Shown here one piece after another: positions 52,276 through 61,972 of a stretch of DNA of 64,000 nucleotides. The notes beneath the pieces are model-generated. The model did not search any database. It saw only the letters and a list, made by a program, of their open reading frames with translations, and was not told the origin of the DNA. A program made the translations under genes and the position numbers. The number at the start of each line of letters is the position of its first letter. The stretch's first letter is position 1. The DNA comes from an uncultured Chloroflexia bacterium (GTDB taxonomy: Bacteria; Chloroflexota; Anaerolineae; Anaerolineales; RBG-16-64-43): NCBI GenBank assembly GCA_963780865.1, contig CAWADT010000009.1, positions 42,134 through 106,133 of the forward strand, written 5' to 3'.

Positions 52276-53787
52276 CTACAACACCGACGCGGGACCCGGG
52301 GCGGGGTTTAGCGGAAGAACCAGAGGCGCGCGGGGGTTTTGGGTGAAATCGAAATCCAAAAGGAGATTGCCCAATTGCGGCGCGTTTTCGCGGACGTCCG
52401 GTCTGGGATCCGGCCGGCCGTCGGTTTTCGGATCGATCCGCTGGCCGCCCAGAAAAAGATCCTCCATGAGCTTGACGTACGCGTCGTGGCTGAGAATTTG
52501 ATGGTCGATGAATCCCTTTTTGGCGTAGGCGCTGATCACCAATCCCGGCACGCGCAATCCATAGCCGTTCAAATCCACGCGCGGCGGAACCACATTGTCG
52601 TAGAAACCTCCCCAGTCGTCCCAGGTGAGGAATACGGCCGTGCTTTCCCAATCCGGGCCCTGCATCACGGCGTTGATCAGGCTCGTCGTCCAGGTCTGCC
52701 CATCCTTCACCAGCGCCGGCGGATGCTCGCTGTTGGGCCCGCTGGGCGTGATCCAGCTGATCGCGGGCAGCTGTCCGTCTTTCGCATCCTGATAAAAGTT
52801 GGTGACGTCCGTGATGTTCTCAAGCTGGCCGTCTTCTTTCACCGTGTCGAAGTAGGGCAGCGGATTCCAAATGCCCGGCGTTTTGGCGTCCTGATGGACC
52901 GGCGGGCAGTCGGCGGCGTCGTTGGCGCAATCCGGCTGCGTTCCCGTTTGAACATAATATTTCCAGGTGACGTTGTTCCTAAAGAGCAGATAGGTCAGGT
53001 CGGTCCAGGCATAATCGGGGGTGACTGCCGGAGATCCGCCGAGAAGACCGGCGAGGAAATCCGGGGGATTCTGAGGGTGCTCGAGCGCATTCACGCAGCT
53101 CAGGGGATCACCGGCTTTACTGCACCGGGCCGACCACTCGGAAACCATGAACAAGTGCTGGGGCAGACTCCAGGAGGCATTCGGCTCAAATAAGTGGTCC
53201 TGCAAAACGAAAGTTTCGGCATACGTCCAATAATTAGGAATTTCCCGGGCATCATGGTATCCCATGACATCGGTCGCGGAGGTGCCGCCGCAATCCGGGC
53301 TGTTGGTGTTCTCGCAGCCGGCTTTCCCGCTCTCAGCCTGCGCGATGAACCCGTCCATTTTGCCGCCGTCGATGTCCGCGGTGGCGTTCGCTTGGCCGTG
53401 CGGTCCGCCGTAATTCTTTTCGGCCGTATTCAAAAACGGATAAACGCACTGCCCCGTCTTGGGATCGTTTATGCAGACTGTGAACTTGCCGTTCTGGCGC
53501 GGAAAGCCTTCCGCGCCAGGAAAAGTTCCAAAATACGTGTCGAAGGAACGATTTTCCTGCATGATGACGACGATGTGTTTAATCTTGGCGCGGGCCAGGG
53601 CGAGGGTTTCCCCGGTCACCGTTTGGGATGCGGTCGGGAAGCCGGTCGGCGCAGGAGTTTTCCCGGCGGACGGACTGCCGCCTGACGAGCCGGCGGCCGC
53701 CGCGGGGGTAGGCTTCAACATCGCGGGGGACAAACAGGCCGCTAAAAGAAGGAAGCCCAGCAAATTAATCAGCAGTCTTTTTTTCAT
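52276..53787 (-). CDS. Phosphoesterase family (phospholipase C / acid phosphatase-like) lipoprotein
   Basis: LAAC lipobox; KHIVVIMQENRSFDTYFG, SEHPP, TWDDWGGFYD, GLRVPGLVISAY. Confidence 0.9.
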   Translation of the reverse strand: MKKRLLINLLGFLLLAACLSPAMLKPTPAAAAGSSGGSPSAGKTPAPTGFPTASQTVTGETLALARAKIKHIVVIMQENRSFDTYFGTFPGAEGFPRQNGKFTVCINDPKTGQCVYPFLNTAEKNYGGPHGQANATADIDGGKMDGFIAQAESGKAGCENTNSPDCGGTSATDVMGYHDAREIPNYWTYAETFVLQDHLFEPNASWSLPQHLFMVSEWSARCSKAGDPLSCVNALEHPQNPPDFLAGLLGGSPAVTPDYAWTDLTYLLFRNNVTWKYYVQTGTQPDCANDAADCPPVHQDAKTPGIWNPLPYFDTVKEDGQLENITDVTNFYQDAKDGQLPAISWITPSGPNSEHPPALVKDGQTWTTSLINAVMQGPDWESTAVFLTWDDWGGFYDNVVPPRVDLNGYGLRVPGLVISAYAKKGFIDHQILSHDAYVKLMEDLFLGGQRIDPKTDGRPDPRPDVRENAPQLGNLLLDFDFTQNPRAPLVLPLNPAPGPASVL

Positions 53788-53852
53788 CCCGTTTTTCCTT
53801 TCCCCGAATATCTCCCATTATGGCGGCGAGCGAGTTGATTTTGGCCGGCCTT

Positions 53853-55463
53853 CTATGAGTTGATCCAGATTATACGAGCGATGCTAAATGGCGGAATCTG
53901 GACCGGCACGCTCGGATCCAGGGTTTGGACCTGAGCCGCGGTGTGCGTCCTGTCGCTGAAATTACCGGCCACGAGCAAATCCACACTCGCAGGACGGCTC
54001 TTTGAATTCTGTTGGGCCGGATCGAACCAACGGGGTTCGGCCGAGGCGTTCTGCACGATCAAGGTTGTCGATGCGGCGGATTGGAATAATCCGCCTTCGA
54101 CCGGAAGATAGCTCTCTGAAAAATTGCCCAGACCGGTGACGGGCAGGGTGTCCCGGTCGATCATGCGCTGGAAGGTGCCGCCCTGATCGGCCGCCTCGTC
54201 GAACCACTGCAGAACGACCGTGGCCGGCATCGGCCGATATTCTCCATTCGAATCCGCAACGTACATTTGAAACACGCTCTTGCTGTCCGCGTTCAGCGTG
54301 AAGTACAGCGCCCGGGTGACGGCTGGATGGCGCAGGAACGCGAGCGTTTCGCGCGCTACGAGTTGGGCGGTCATTTGCGGCGGGATGAGATCCGGTTGGC
54401 CGAAGGTGCTGGTGAAATTTCCCCCGGTCGGACTCCATTCCGTGATCCAGATTTCCTTTCCCGGCAGCCTGGCGGCCAGGTCGGCGAGCGCGCGATCCAC
54501 GCCCGCATCCGCGCGGCCCATGAAGAGCTGGAACTGCTCGTCGACGCCGGGATGGGCCTCCCGCGCGATCATCCCGGCCGGGTCGGGGTAAAGGTGGACC
54601 GTCACCGCCTGGAACCAATCCTCCGGAGCCAGCGCCGAATCCCAATTCAGCAACCGCTGCTGAAAATTGGATGGATCCGATGGAGGGATGGTAAAGGCCG
54701 ATCCGGAACTTTGCACCGCAAACTTTGCGCCATTCCCGACGATCGGCCGCAGCGCCTCCTCGTACCGCTTCATGACCGCCATCGCGGTTGGTTCGTCCGG
54801 CCATTGGCGCATCACGTTCGGATCGCCGGCCATGGCGATCCAGAATTCATTCCCCAGCTCGATCGTCTCCGGCAAGGCGTGCTCCGAGGCCAATTGCGTG
54901 AACCAGGCGGTCTGCTCGCCGAGCGAGGAAGTTTCCAGGTTGGGAACCAGGATCACGTCCGCGCCGATCCGGGAGGCGAAGGCCTGGTACTCCTCCATGT
55001 GAACGCCGCCCGGGAAAGCCTGCGCGATTTTCGGGGCGACCCCCGCCCAGAATTTATAGTAGGCGCTGCTGTTGGACTGCGGGTTGAATTCCAACAGCCC
55101 GGTGCGCCAGTTATAGTAGTTGCTTTGCGAGCCGCCGGGGAAACGGACCACTCCCGGCGCCGTCGTTTGAATGGCGGCGATCTTTTGCGGATTATCCAGC
55201 AGATGTTCGATCAGGGATTCGACCGAGGCGCCGAGGATATTCTCAGGAAGCTGGCGGGGATCACCCTGCGGAGTGAGGCTGAGTGGAAGCGCTCCGGCGG
55301 GCGGCGTTTGGGCGGCCGGCGGGATCGTGGACGCGATCGTTGCCCCGACGGTTGCTCTCGGCAGCGTGAGGGACAACGTGGCGGCGGGTGTGCTGCAGGC
55401 AAAAGCGAGAGCAGCGCTTGCCGCAAAAAATAGGAAAATCCGAACCCTTGCCAGGCGATAAAT
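53853..55463 (-). CDS. Clan GH-A glycoside hydrolase lipoprotein (GH51/GH79/GH44-like) with apparent ATT start
   Basis: VRFPGGS.SNYYNW, ELGNE acid/base, IWITEW nucleophile; upstream in-frame signal peptide ending LAFAC begins at ATT 7 nt after AGGAGG. Confidence 0.75.
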   Translation of the reverse strand: MYRLARVRIFLFFAASAALAFACSTPAATLSLTLPRATVGATIASTIPPAAQTPPAGALPLSLTPQGDPRQLPENILGASVESLIEHLLDNPQKIAAIQTTAPGVVRFPGGSQSNYYNWRTGLLEFNPQSNSSAYYKFWAGVAPKIAQAFPGGVHMEEYQAFASRIGADVILVPNLETSSLGEQTAWFTQLASEHALPETIELGNEFWIAMAGDPNVMRQWPDEPTAMAVMKRYEEALRPIVGNGAKFAVQSSGSAFTIPPSDPSNFQQRLLNWDSALAPEDWFQAVTVHLYPDPAGMIAREAHPGVDEQFQLFMGRADAGVDRALADLAARLPGKEIWITEWSPTGGNFTSTFGQPDLIPPQMTAQLVARETLAFLRHPAVTRALYFTLNADSKSVFQMYVADSNGEYRPMPATVVLQWFDEAADQGGTFQRMIDRDTLPVTGLGNFSESYLPVEGGLFQSAASTTLIVQNASAEPRWFDPAQQNSKSRPASVDLLVAGNFSDRTHTAAQVQTLDPSVPVQIPPFSIARIIWINS

Positions 55464-55565
55464 GGCCGGTCCTCCTGGTTAGAACTTATATCACGGCTAT
55501 TTGAACGCCGTAAGAATTGAATGTGAATTTATTGTGATGAATTGGGGTATGGGAAACATAGATTT

Positions 55566-55782
55566 GAAACCTCTGAAAAAGACCGCCGTCGGGGGGCCTG
55601 CCCCCGACTATCAACCGCGCCGGTCCCCGCTTCGCAGGGATAAAATAAATCCGGCTTAAGGCCCGGCATTTAGCCGGGCGGCTCCCTTCGCGGGTTGTGC
55701 GAGGTCTGTTGAGAGGTCGGAGCGGCCGTCCAGCGCACCTCGCGGGATTACCTCCGGACGAACGACGATTTTCAGAGGTTTC
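55566..55782. mobile_element. 217 bp MITE with perfect 14 bp TIRs and 5 bp target duplication
   Basis: GAAACCTCTGAAAA (55566-55579) / TTTTCAGAGGTTTC (55769-55782); GATTT on both sides. Confidence 0.88.
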
Positions 55783-55848
55783 GATTTATTAAAATGATCG
55801 GAGGAGCGACTATCGAAAGTCCTTTGTTGACCGATTGCCAAGCATAAA

Positions 55849-55893
55849 CCCCGGCGGCACTCCAAAAAAGCAAACGGAGTGCCGCCGGTTTTT
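55849..55893. terminator. Probable bidirectional terminator hairpin downstream of the ABC permease
   Basis: CCGGCGGCACTCC..GGAGTGCCGCCGG 13 bp stem with A/T-rich flanks. Confidence 0.6.
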
Positions 55894-55937
55894 CGGCCGG
55901 CTTAAGCCGCTTCACCTGCGTCCTCCCGCGGGTTGTT

Positions 55938-58376
55938 TTATTCCATCACCCGCAGGGTGGAGGGGATGTCCATCCGCGCCATTTTACGGATGTTGAGGAG
56001 CGGCGTCAACGCGACGACGATCACCCCCATCACAAACGCCGCGACCAGGGTCGTTGGCGAGAGGACGATTCGAAATTGGATCGTCCGCATCTGGGTGGCC
56101 ATCCGCTCGGTCATCATCCACACCAGCACAACATACCCCGTACCGATGCCGAGCAGCGTCCCCAGCACGCCGGTGATCAGGTTCTCCAGCATCGCCATCC
56201 GCGTGGCGGTCCCGACCGGCAGGCCGAAGGCGAACATGGTGGCGATCTCCCGGGCGCGTTCATCGACGTTGATGCTGGTCGAATTGAAGGTGATCAGGAA
56301 AGCCAGCAGCGAGACGGCCAGCGCGACGATATACATCACTCCGAGAAAACTGTCGAGGATGCTCTCGAACGAATCCACCATGCTCGCAACGGGCTGGACG
56401 GAGGCCACGCCGGCCTGGTCGAACAACGCGCGTTCCACCTCGCCCCGGCTGACGCCTGCCGCGGGGTTGATCCAGACGATGTTGGTCAGCCCGCCGAGCC
56501 CCATCAGGCCGGTCTGGCGGATGTCCAGGTAGGAAATCGCGCGCACCGGGAGCGCGTGGGTGCCGATGACTTTTACTTCTTTCTCGGCCAGGCGGAAGGA
56601 ATACAACCCTTCGCGGAGCGGGAAGGTGAGGGTGATCGTATCGCCCGGCTTCACGCCCAGATCGTGGGCGGCTTTTTCCGAAAGGATGATCCCCGGTTCG
56701 TCGGAGTGGCGGCTTCCGGCCGTGATGGTGGGCTTCCACAGCGCGCTGTCCAGATCGACGGCGTCGATGATCGTTTCCAGTTTGACGCCGCCCCGGGATA
56801 CGTATCCCCCCACCTGAATGCCGCCTTCCGCATCCGCGACGGCCGGCAGCGAGCGGAGGGTTTGAATCCATTCGCTGGGGTAGAAGCGGTTCAGATCAAC
56901 CTCCATGCGATTGGGACTATTCTGCAGCAGTTCGCTTTTTGCCTGATGGATGGTGGTCAGGAACGAATCCAGCATTCCCAGGATCGCGATCAGCAGCGTC
57001 ACCGCTATCGTGATTCCCGCCAGGGTTAGCACGGTGCGATACGGCGACCGCAGGACGTTGCGGACCGGCATTTCGACGAAGCTCCCGCCGGGAAGCGGCA
57101 GGCGGGAGAGGGCGGGGGCAAATCCGCCGCCCTTGGCGACGAGGTGCCCGGTTTGAATCGCGTCCACCGGCGAGACGCGCACGGCCCGCCACACCGGATA
57201 CAGCGTGGCGACAAAGGGGATCGCGATTCCGAGCGCCGCCGCCTGGGCAAACAGCGGGAGTTGAAACGGCGTCCGGAAAACCGGCATGGGCATCATCTCC
57301 TGGAGCATCCGGCCAAACGCGTTGTTCAGGAGCAACCCCGTTCCAATCCCCAGCAGCGCTCCCAGGAGGGCGATCTGAATTGCCACCAGCAGCGGGCGGA
57401 TGGCGAGGACGCCGTCCGGCATGCCGAGCGCCATGCCGATCCCGATCTCGCGGCGCTGGGCCTCGACCATCCGGCTGGCGAGGTTGAAGCCGCCGAAAGC
57501 CGCCCCGGCCAGGAACAGGTAAGCGACCACCATGTACATGGCTTGATCGCCGCTCACATCGTTGTACAGTTCATTGTAGGCGGCGTCGTCCTTGGGCGTC
57601 AGAAAAGAGACGGCGGCGTTGGGGAACGCCGCGGCCATCGCGCCGCCGATTTCCTTTTGGATCGTAGAGGGGTCTGCTCCGCTCTTCAGGGTGAGGAGCA
57701 GATCATTGACCATCCCCGGATGGTTGGTTAGCGCCTGCGCCGTTTCCAGCGGAACAAACACCGCGGCGAAGTTGGATTCAGCCATCATGCCGCCGTTGTC
57801 GGTCATCACCATAAAGTACTCGGGCGACATCCCCTGTCCCACATAATCCAGCGCGGCTCCGCCGCTCAGACGGAGCGTGCCGGACGCGGGCAGCCCGTAG
57901 TATTTCGCGAAATGATATTCCAGGATCGCGGTGTTTTGCCCGGCGTCGGCCGGCTGCAAAGCCCTTCCGCTGTTGATAAACAATCCGTTCACGGCCGGGC
58001 CGCCGCGGGAAACGTCCACGCCGATCAGGCGTCCCGGCACTAGGATGGTCTTTCCGGCGGTCGAGGCGTCGACCAGCGTCGAAGCGATCAGCCGCACCTC
58101 GGTGTTTTTGATCCAATCCTTGTGCGGGATGGTTTGGATCGCGCGCTGCAGCTCCCCGCCGTCGACAAAACTTTCCCCCAGCGTCACGCGGAGATCGTAC
58201 ATATTCAGCAGCGCATAGCTCGCGTCGTAGGATTGCTGCCGCCAGGGTTTGTTCGCTCCGAGCCCGGCGTACACTCCCGTTCCCAGCGCGATGATCAGCG
58301 CAATCGCGGCCACCTGCAGCCAATGAGCCCGCAGATCCCTCCAGGACCAGCGCAACCACAGTGTCAAGGTTTCCAT
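55938..58376 (-). CDS. ABC exporter permease, duplicated MacB/FtsX (LolE-like), 812 aa
   Basis: Two MacB_PCD + FtsX halves; QRREIGIGMALG and RAREIATMFAFG; start ATG 58376. Confidence 0.9.
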   Translation of the reverse strand: METLTLWLRWSWRDLRAHWLQVAAIALIIALGTGVYAGLGANKPWRQQSYDASYALLNMYDLRVTLGESFVDGGELQRAIQTIPHKDWIKNTEVRLIASTLVDASTAGKTILVPGRLIGVDVSRGGPAVNGLFINSGRALQPADAGQNTAILEYHFAKYYGLPASGTLRLSGGAALDYVGQGMSPEYFMVMTDNGGMMAESNFAAVFVPLETAQALTNHPGMVNDLLLTLKSGADPSTIQKEIGGAMAAAFPNAAVSFLTPKDDAAYNELYNDVSGDQAMYMVVAYLFLAGAAFGGFNLASRMVEAQRREIGIGMALGMPDGVLAIRPLLVAIQIALLGALLGIGTGLLLNNAFGRMLQEMMPMPVFRTPFQLPLFAQAAALGIAIPFVATLYPVWRAVRVSPVDAIQTGHLVAKGGGFAPALSRLPLPGGSFVEMPVRNVLRSPYRTVLTLAGITIAVTLLIAILGMLDSFLTTIHQAKSELLQNSPNRMEVDLNRFYPSEWIQTLRSLPAVADAEGGIQVGGYVSRGGVKLETIIDAVDLDSALWKPTITAGSRHSDEPGIILSEKAAHDLGVKPGDTITLTFPLREGLYSFRLAEKEVKVIGTHALPVRAISYLDIRQTGLMGLGGLTNIVWINPAAGVSRGEVERALFDQAGVASVQPVASMVDSFESILDSFLGVMYIVALAVSLLAFLITFNSTSINVDERAREIATMFAFGLPVGTATRMAMLENLITGVLGTLLGIGTGYVVLVWMMTERMATQMRTIQFRIVLSPTTLVAAFVMGVIVVALTPLLNIRKMARMDIPSTLRVME

Positions 58377-58386
58377 CGCTCGCCTC

Positions 58387-59091
58387 CTACCAGCTGAGTT
58401 CCGCCAGAGCGGCTTTGTGATTCGGCGGCGCGCCGTCGAACGCGATTTTTCCGCTGCCAAGCTCGATCACCCGGTCGGCGGCGCGGGAAATCTCGCGGTT
58501 GTGCGTAACGACCAGCACGGTCTTGCCGGCTCGGGCCTGCGCGCGCAACAGCTCCAGAATCTGCACGCCGGTCCGGAAGTCCAATTCTCCGGTGGGTTCG
58601 TCGGCCAGCAGCACGGGGTTGCCCGTCGCCAGGGCGCGCGCAATGGCCACCCGCTGCTGCTCGCCGCCGGAAAGCTGGTGCGGAAAGTGGTGCAGCCGCT
58701 CCCCAAGCCCAACCTGCTCCAACACCTGCTTGGCAAGATGGGAGGCATTTTTACGGCCGCGCACGTCCAGGGTGAATTGCACGTTCTCGAGCGCCGTCAA
58801 GCCGGGGAACAGGTTAAACGTCTGGAAAATAAACGCCACAGTCTCCCGGCGCAGCTTGCGCAGATCCAAGTGATCGGTGGGAAATGTCACCTGGTCATGG
58901 ATGGAGATCCTGCCGCTGGTGGGCGAATCCAGCGCGCCGATCATGTTCAGCAGAGTCGTTTTCCCGCTTCCGGACGGGCCCAGGACCACGATGAATTCGC
59001 CGCTCTCAATTTCGAGCGAAACCCGGTCGAGGGCCGTCACGCTCAGCGGGCCCAGAACATATTTCTTGGAGACGGATTCCAGTTTGATCAT
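58387..59091 (-). CDS. ABC transporter ATP-binding protein (LolD/MacB-like)
   Basis: GPSGSGKTT, QTFNL, LSGGEQQRV, LADEPTGELD, VVTHN; start ATG 59091. Confidence 0.95.
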   Translation of the reverse strand: MIKLESVSKKYVLGPLSVTALDRVSLEIESGEFIVVLGPSGSGKTTLLNMIGALDSPTSGRISIHDQVTFPTDHLDLRKLRRETVAFIFQTFNLFPGLTALENVQFTLDVRGRKNASHLAKQVLEQVGLGERLHHFPHQLSGGEQQRVAIARALATGNPVLLADEPTGELDFRTGVQILELLRAQARAGKTVLVVTHNREISRAADRVIELGSGKIAFDGAPPNHKAALAELSW

Positions 59092-59476
59092 GGCAAAATC
59101 CTTCCTTGGCATAAAAAATGAGAGGTCTTTTCTTTTGGGGGCGCGATGGACAAACGCGGCGGTCCGAATCGCCGTACCCATGCCCGAGCTTTCGATCCAC
59201 GATGCGGTTACCCGTGAAACGAATGCAATTTGGCTCTCGGCCTGGGATCGGGTTACGGGGAGGGTTTGCGGAGCGGGGTCAGCCCGGAAGTGAACGGAAG
59301 CGGAAGGCCCGCAACGAATAACTCGAACCCTGCAAAAGCAGCCCGATCGGAACGAAGATCCATCCCGGCCTGGACAAGCAGCCTTGATTCAATAGCGGAA
59401 CATCATCTGCGTTGATGGGCCATCACCTCCTTTGTCGGTTCCTTCCTCATCCCTTGGCGGGGTTCTCCGGGCCGGC

Positions 59477-59504
59477 TTGACACCGCGCCGGAGCATGCTA
59501 TACT
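59477..59504 (+). promoter_or_regulatory. Sigma70 promoter of the metalloregulator gene
   Basis: TTGACA-16 nt-TATACT with TG extended -10. Confidence 0.65.
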
Positions 59505-59510
59505 TTATAA

Positions 59511-59545
59511 GTTAGCATATGCTAACAATCTTGGTTAGTATAACC
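59511..59545. promoter_or_regulatory. Palindromic operator, probably bound by the adjacent DtxR/MntR regulator
   Basis: Perfect GTTAGCATATGCTAAC (59511-59526) plus GGTTAGTATAACC, just downstream of the -10. Confidence 0.65.
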
Positions 59546-59572
59546 ACCAAATGCAAATTGTCAAGAGGCAAA

Positions 59573-60259
59573 ATGACGCCTGCCCATCCTGTTTCCGCCG
59601 AAAACCGCCCCACGCCAACCATCGAGGATTATCTGGCCGTGATGTACGTCATGGAACGCGACGGGGAAGAGCTGGTCCCGGCGCGCCTGGCCGAATCCCT
59701 GGAGGTGGCGCCGCCCACCGTGACGGTCACCCTCAAACGCATGGAGCGGGACGGCTGGATCGCCACGGGGGGAGCGAAAGGCATCCGCCTCACCAAGACC
59801 GGTTGCGAGGCGGCCCGTTCCGTCATCCGCCGGCACATGCTCACCGAATGGATGCTGGCGCGGATGCTGAAAGTGCCCTGGTCCCGCGTCCACGCCGAAG
59901 CGGACCAGATCGAGCACACCATCTCGGAAGAGACCGCCGCGCGGATGCGCGCCAATCTCGACGATCCGCAGACCTGTCCCCACGGCAATCCACTCCCCGG
60001 ATACGAACGGATCGCTGTCGATTGGCACCCGTTGACGGAGATAGCTTCCGGCGAAAAAGTTACCATCCGGCGAATTCACGAGACGGCGGAAGACGATCCG
60101 CAACTGCTCCAATTTTTAGAGGAGCATGGCGTGGTTCCAGGGGCGAAGGCCGAGATCTTGGAAATCCTGCCGTTTAACCGGACGATGAGCCTAAAAGTTG
60201 GGAAAAACAAGGTGGCTTTGGGATTTTCGGCGGCCAAGTATATTTATGCGGAAAAATAA
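59573..60259 (+). CDS. DtxR/MntR/IdeR family metal-dependent repressor with FeoA domain
   Basis: EDYL, HTH LAESLEVAPPTVT..LKRM, RRHMLTE, EADQIEH, CPHGNP, C-terminal FeoA-like. Confidence 0.93.
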   Translation: MTPAHPVSAENRPTPTIEDYLAVMYVMERDGEELVPARLAESLEVAPPTVTVTLKRMERDGWIATGGAKGIRLTKTGCEAARSVIRRHMLTEWMLARMLKVPWSRVHAEADQIEHTISEETAARMRANLDDPQTCPHGNPLPGYERIAVDWHPLTEIASGEKVTIRRIHETAEDDPQLLQFLEEHGVVPGAKAEILEILPFNRTMSLKVGKNKVALGFSAAKYIYAEK

Positions 60260-60359
60260 TGGAATCCGATGGAGCGGGTTGTTTTGATATTCCGCCCAGT
60301 GGAGCGTAAACAACCAAATCAAGAACTCATCTGCCTATCGGCAATCGATCAGAGGAATT

Positions 60360-60986
60360 ATGTGGATCATCCGCTGCATTCTGCTATTGACGCTCATCGC
60401 CCAAGTTTGCGGTTTTGGCTACCTGATTGGCCGCCGCAGGAACTATGTACCGATCCTTGAAAACGGCCCGCTCAACCTTCTGATGGTGGTTCTCTATAAC
60501 CTGCTTTGCTATCTGCTCGCAGGTTTGCCGTCCGATCCGCGCGTTTTTCCCCGTCCGGCTTTCTTGACGAATCCGATTGTGGGGATCGGCTATCCCGCGG
60601 TTGGAATTCTCCTGATCGCCGCGTCGGTATCCGTATGGTGGATCGCGGTGCGCCAAAGAAAAACACTCGGCGGTCAGAAGGTGAAGGCGGGCCTGCTGAC
60701 GTCCGGGATTTATCGATACGTTCGGCACCCCATTTACGCGAGCATTGTCGGGGCTTCGCTGGGCTTGGCGCTCACCCTTAAAACCTGGGATGGGTTGCTG
60801 ATGATGCCGGCTGTACTTCTGGTAAATCTTTTAGAAGCAACCTTCGAGGAACGATCCGATATTGGCGCGCGATATCCGGACGAGTATGCGGCATATCGAA
60901 AGCGGACGAGGATATTCGGTCCGGCATGGTTCTGGGCTGCTCCGGCGGGAATCCTGCTGGCGATCACGGCGATTGCCTGGTTATAG
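60360..60986 (+). CDS. ICMT/PEMT-family membrane methyltransferase
   Basis: Multiple TM; LLTSGIYRYVRHPIY; EE...Y..EYAAYRKRT. Confidence 0.85.
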   Translation: MWIIRCILLLTLIAQVCGFGYLIGRRRNYVPILENGPLNLLMVVLYNLLCYLLAGLPSDPRVFPRPAFLTNPIVGIGYPAVGILLIAASVSVWWIAVRQRKTLGGQKVKAGLLTSGIYRYVRHPIYASIVGASLGLALTLKTWDGLLMMPAVLLVNLLEATFEERSDIGARYPDEYAAYRKRTRIFGPAWFWAAPAGILLAITAIAWL

Positions 60987-61023
60987 AGCAAAAAATTCTC
61001 GATCAGAATTAATTTTAAAAAAA

Positions 61024-61668
61024 ATGAAACTCTCGAATCCATGGAATCGATTTATCTACCGGCTGTGGGCGCCGGTCTACGACGCCCTGGACCGTATTTT
61101 CTTTTCCGCCGGACGGCGCCGCGCGCTGCAGCTGCTGAACCTAAAGCCCGGCGAAAGCGTGCTTCTGGCCGGCGTGGGGACCGGCGCCGATCTGCCGCTC
61201 CTGCCGCCGGGTGTGCTCGCGCTCGGCATCGACTTGAGTTCGGCGATGCTGCAGCGCGCCCGCGCGCGGCTGCCGCTGCCCGGACGGATGATCGAACTGC
61301 GTGAGGGCGACGCTCAGGCGATGCAGGTCGAATCCAAATCGTTCGATGCGGCCGTCCTGCATTTGATCCTGAGCGTTGCGCCGGAGGGCGCCGCCTGTTT
61401 CCGCGAAACACTGCGGGCGCTCAAGCCCGGGGGGCGCGCGGTGATCTTCGATAAGTTCGCTCCCGATTCCGGCCGGGTTTCCATCCAGCGGCGGTTAATC
61501 AACATCTTCACCACGCTTGCCGGAACGGATGTCACCCGGAGTTTCGGTCAAATAGCTTCCGGCGGGGGCTTCGAAATACTGCAGGAGGAGAAAAGCCTGC
61601 TGGGGGGCGCGTATCGGATTATCCTTCTTCGCAAGAACCAGATCCGGGAGCCAGCCAAGAACATCTGA
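61024..61668 (+). CDS. Class I SAM methyltransferase, PmtA-like (phosphatidylethanolamine N-methyltransferase type)
   Basis: Y..WAPVYD, GVGTGADL, GIDLS..ML, GDAQ, LSVAP, VIFDKF; start ATG 61024. Confidence 0.75.
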   Translation: MKLSNPWNRFIYRLWAPVYDALDRIFFSAGRRRALQLLNLKPGESVLLAGVGTGADLPLLPPGVLALGIDLSSAMLQRARARLPLPGRMIELREGDAQAMQVESKSFDAAVLHLILSVAPEGAACFRETLRALKPGGRAVIFDKFAPDSGRVSIQRRLINIFTTLAGTDVTRSFGQIASGGGFEILQEEKSLLGGAYRIILLRKNQIREPAKNI

Positions 61669-61972
61669 TGAAATAGGGGAGACCGAAAAAACCGTTTTTA
61701 TTCCTCCGTCGCGGGCAGCGAACCGAAAACGACCTTTTTTTATTCCCGCATTAGCCGCCATCTAACTATCTGCATATACCCCGCGGGAATATTCAGAATA
61801 TCTTTGAGTGGAACTGCATCGAGCAAAAAATCTGCAGCGGCGCGCTGAACGCCGGCGGTTGCGCCAAAACTCAGATTTATGGATAATCCTTCCCATCACG
61901 ATTTGAAGATCCCTTTCGGAAAGAATCTGCAAGTGCGCTGTTCCTTTGCCGGGGCACAACGGAGGTGTTTAT

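Noticed and set aside
55566-55900. Riboswitch upstream of the GH gene
   Set aside because: No match to consensus motifs I can recall; the structure is explained by a MITE with TSD plus a terminator
59250-59432. Small minus-strand ORF after AAGGAGGTG with an early TGA (selenocysteine idea)
   Set aside because: RBS-ATG spacing is too short, the peptide has no redox motif and no SECIS-like hairpin could be supported
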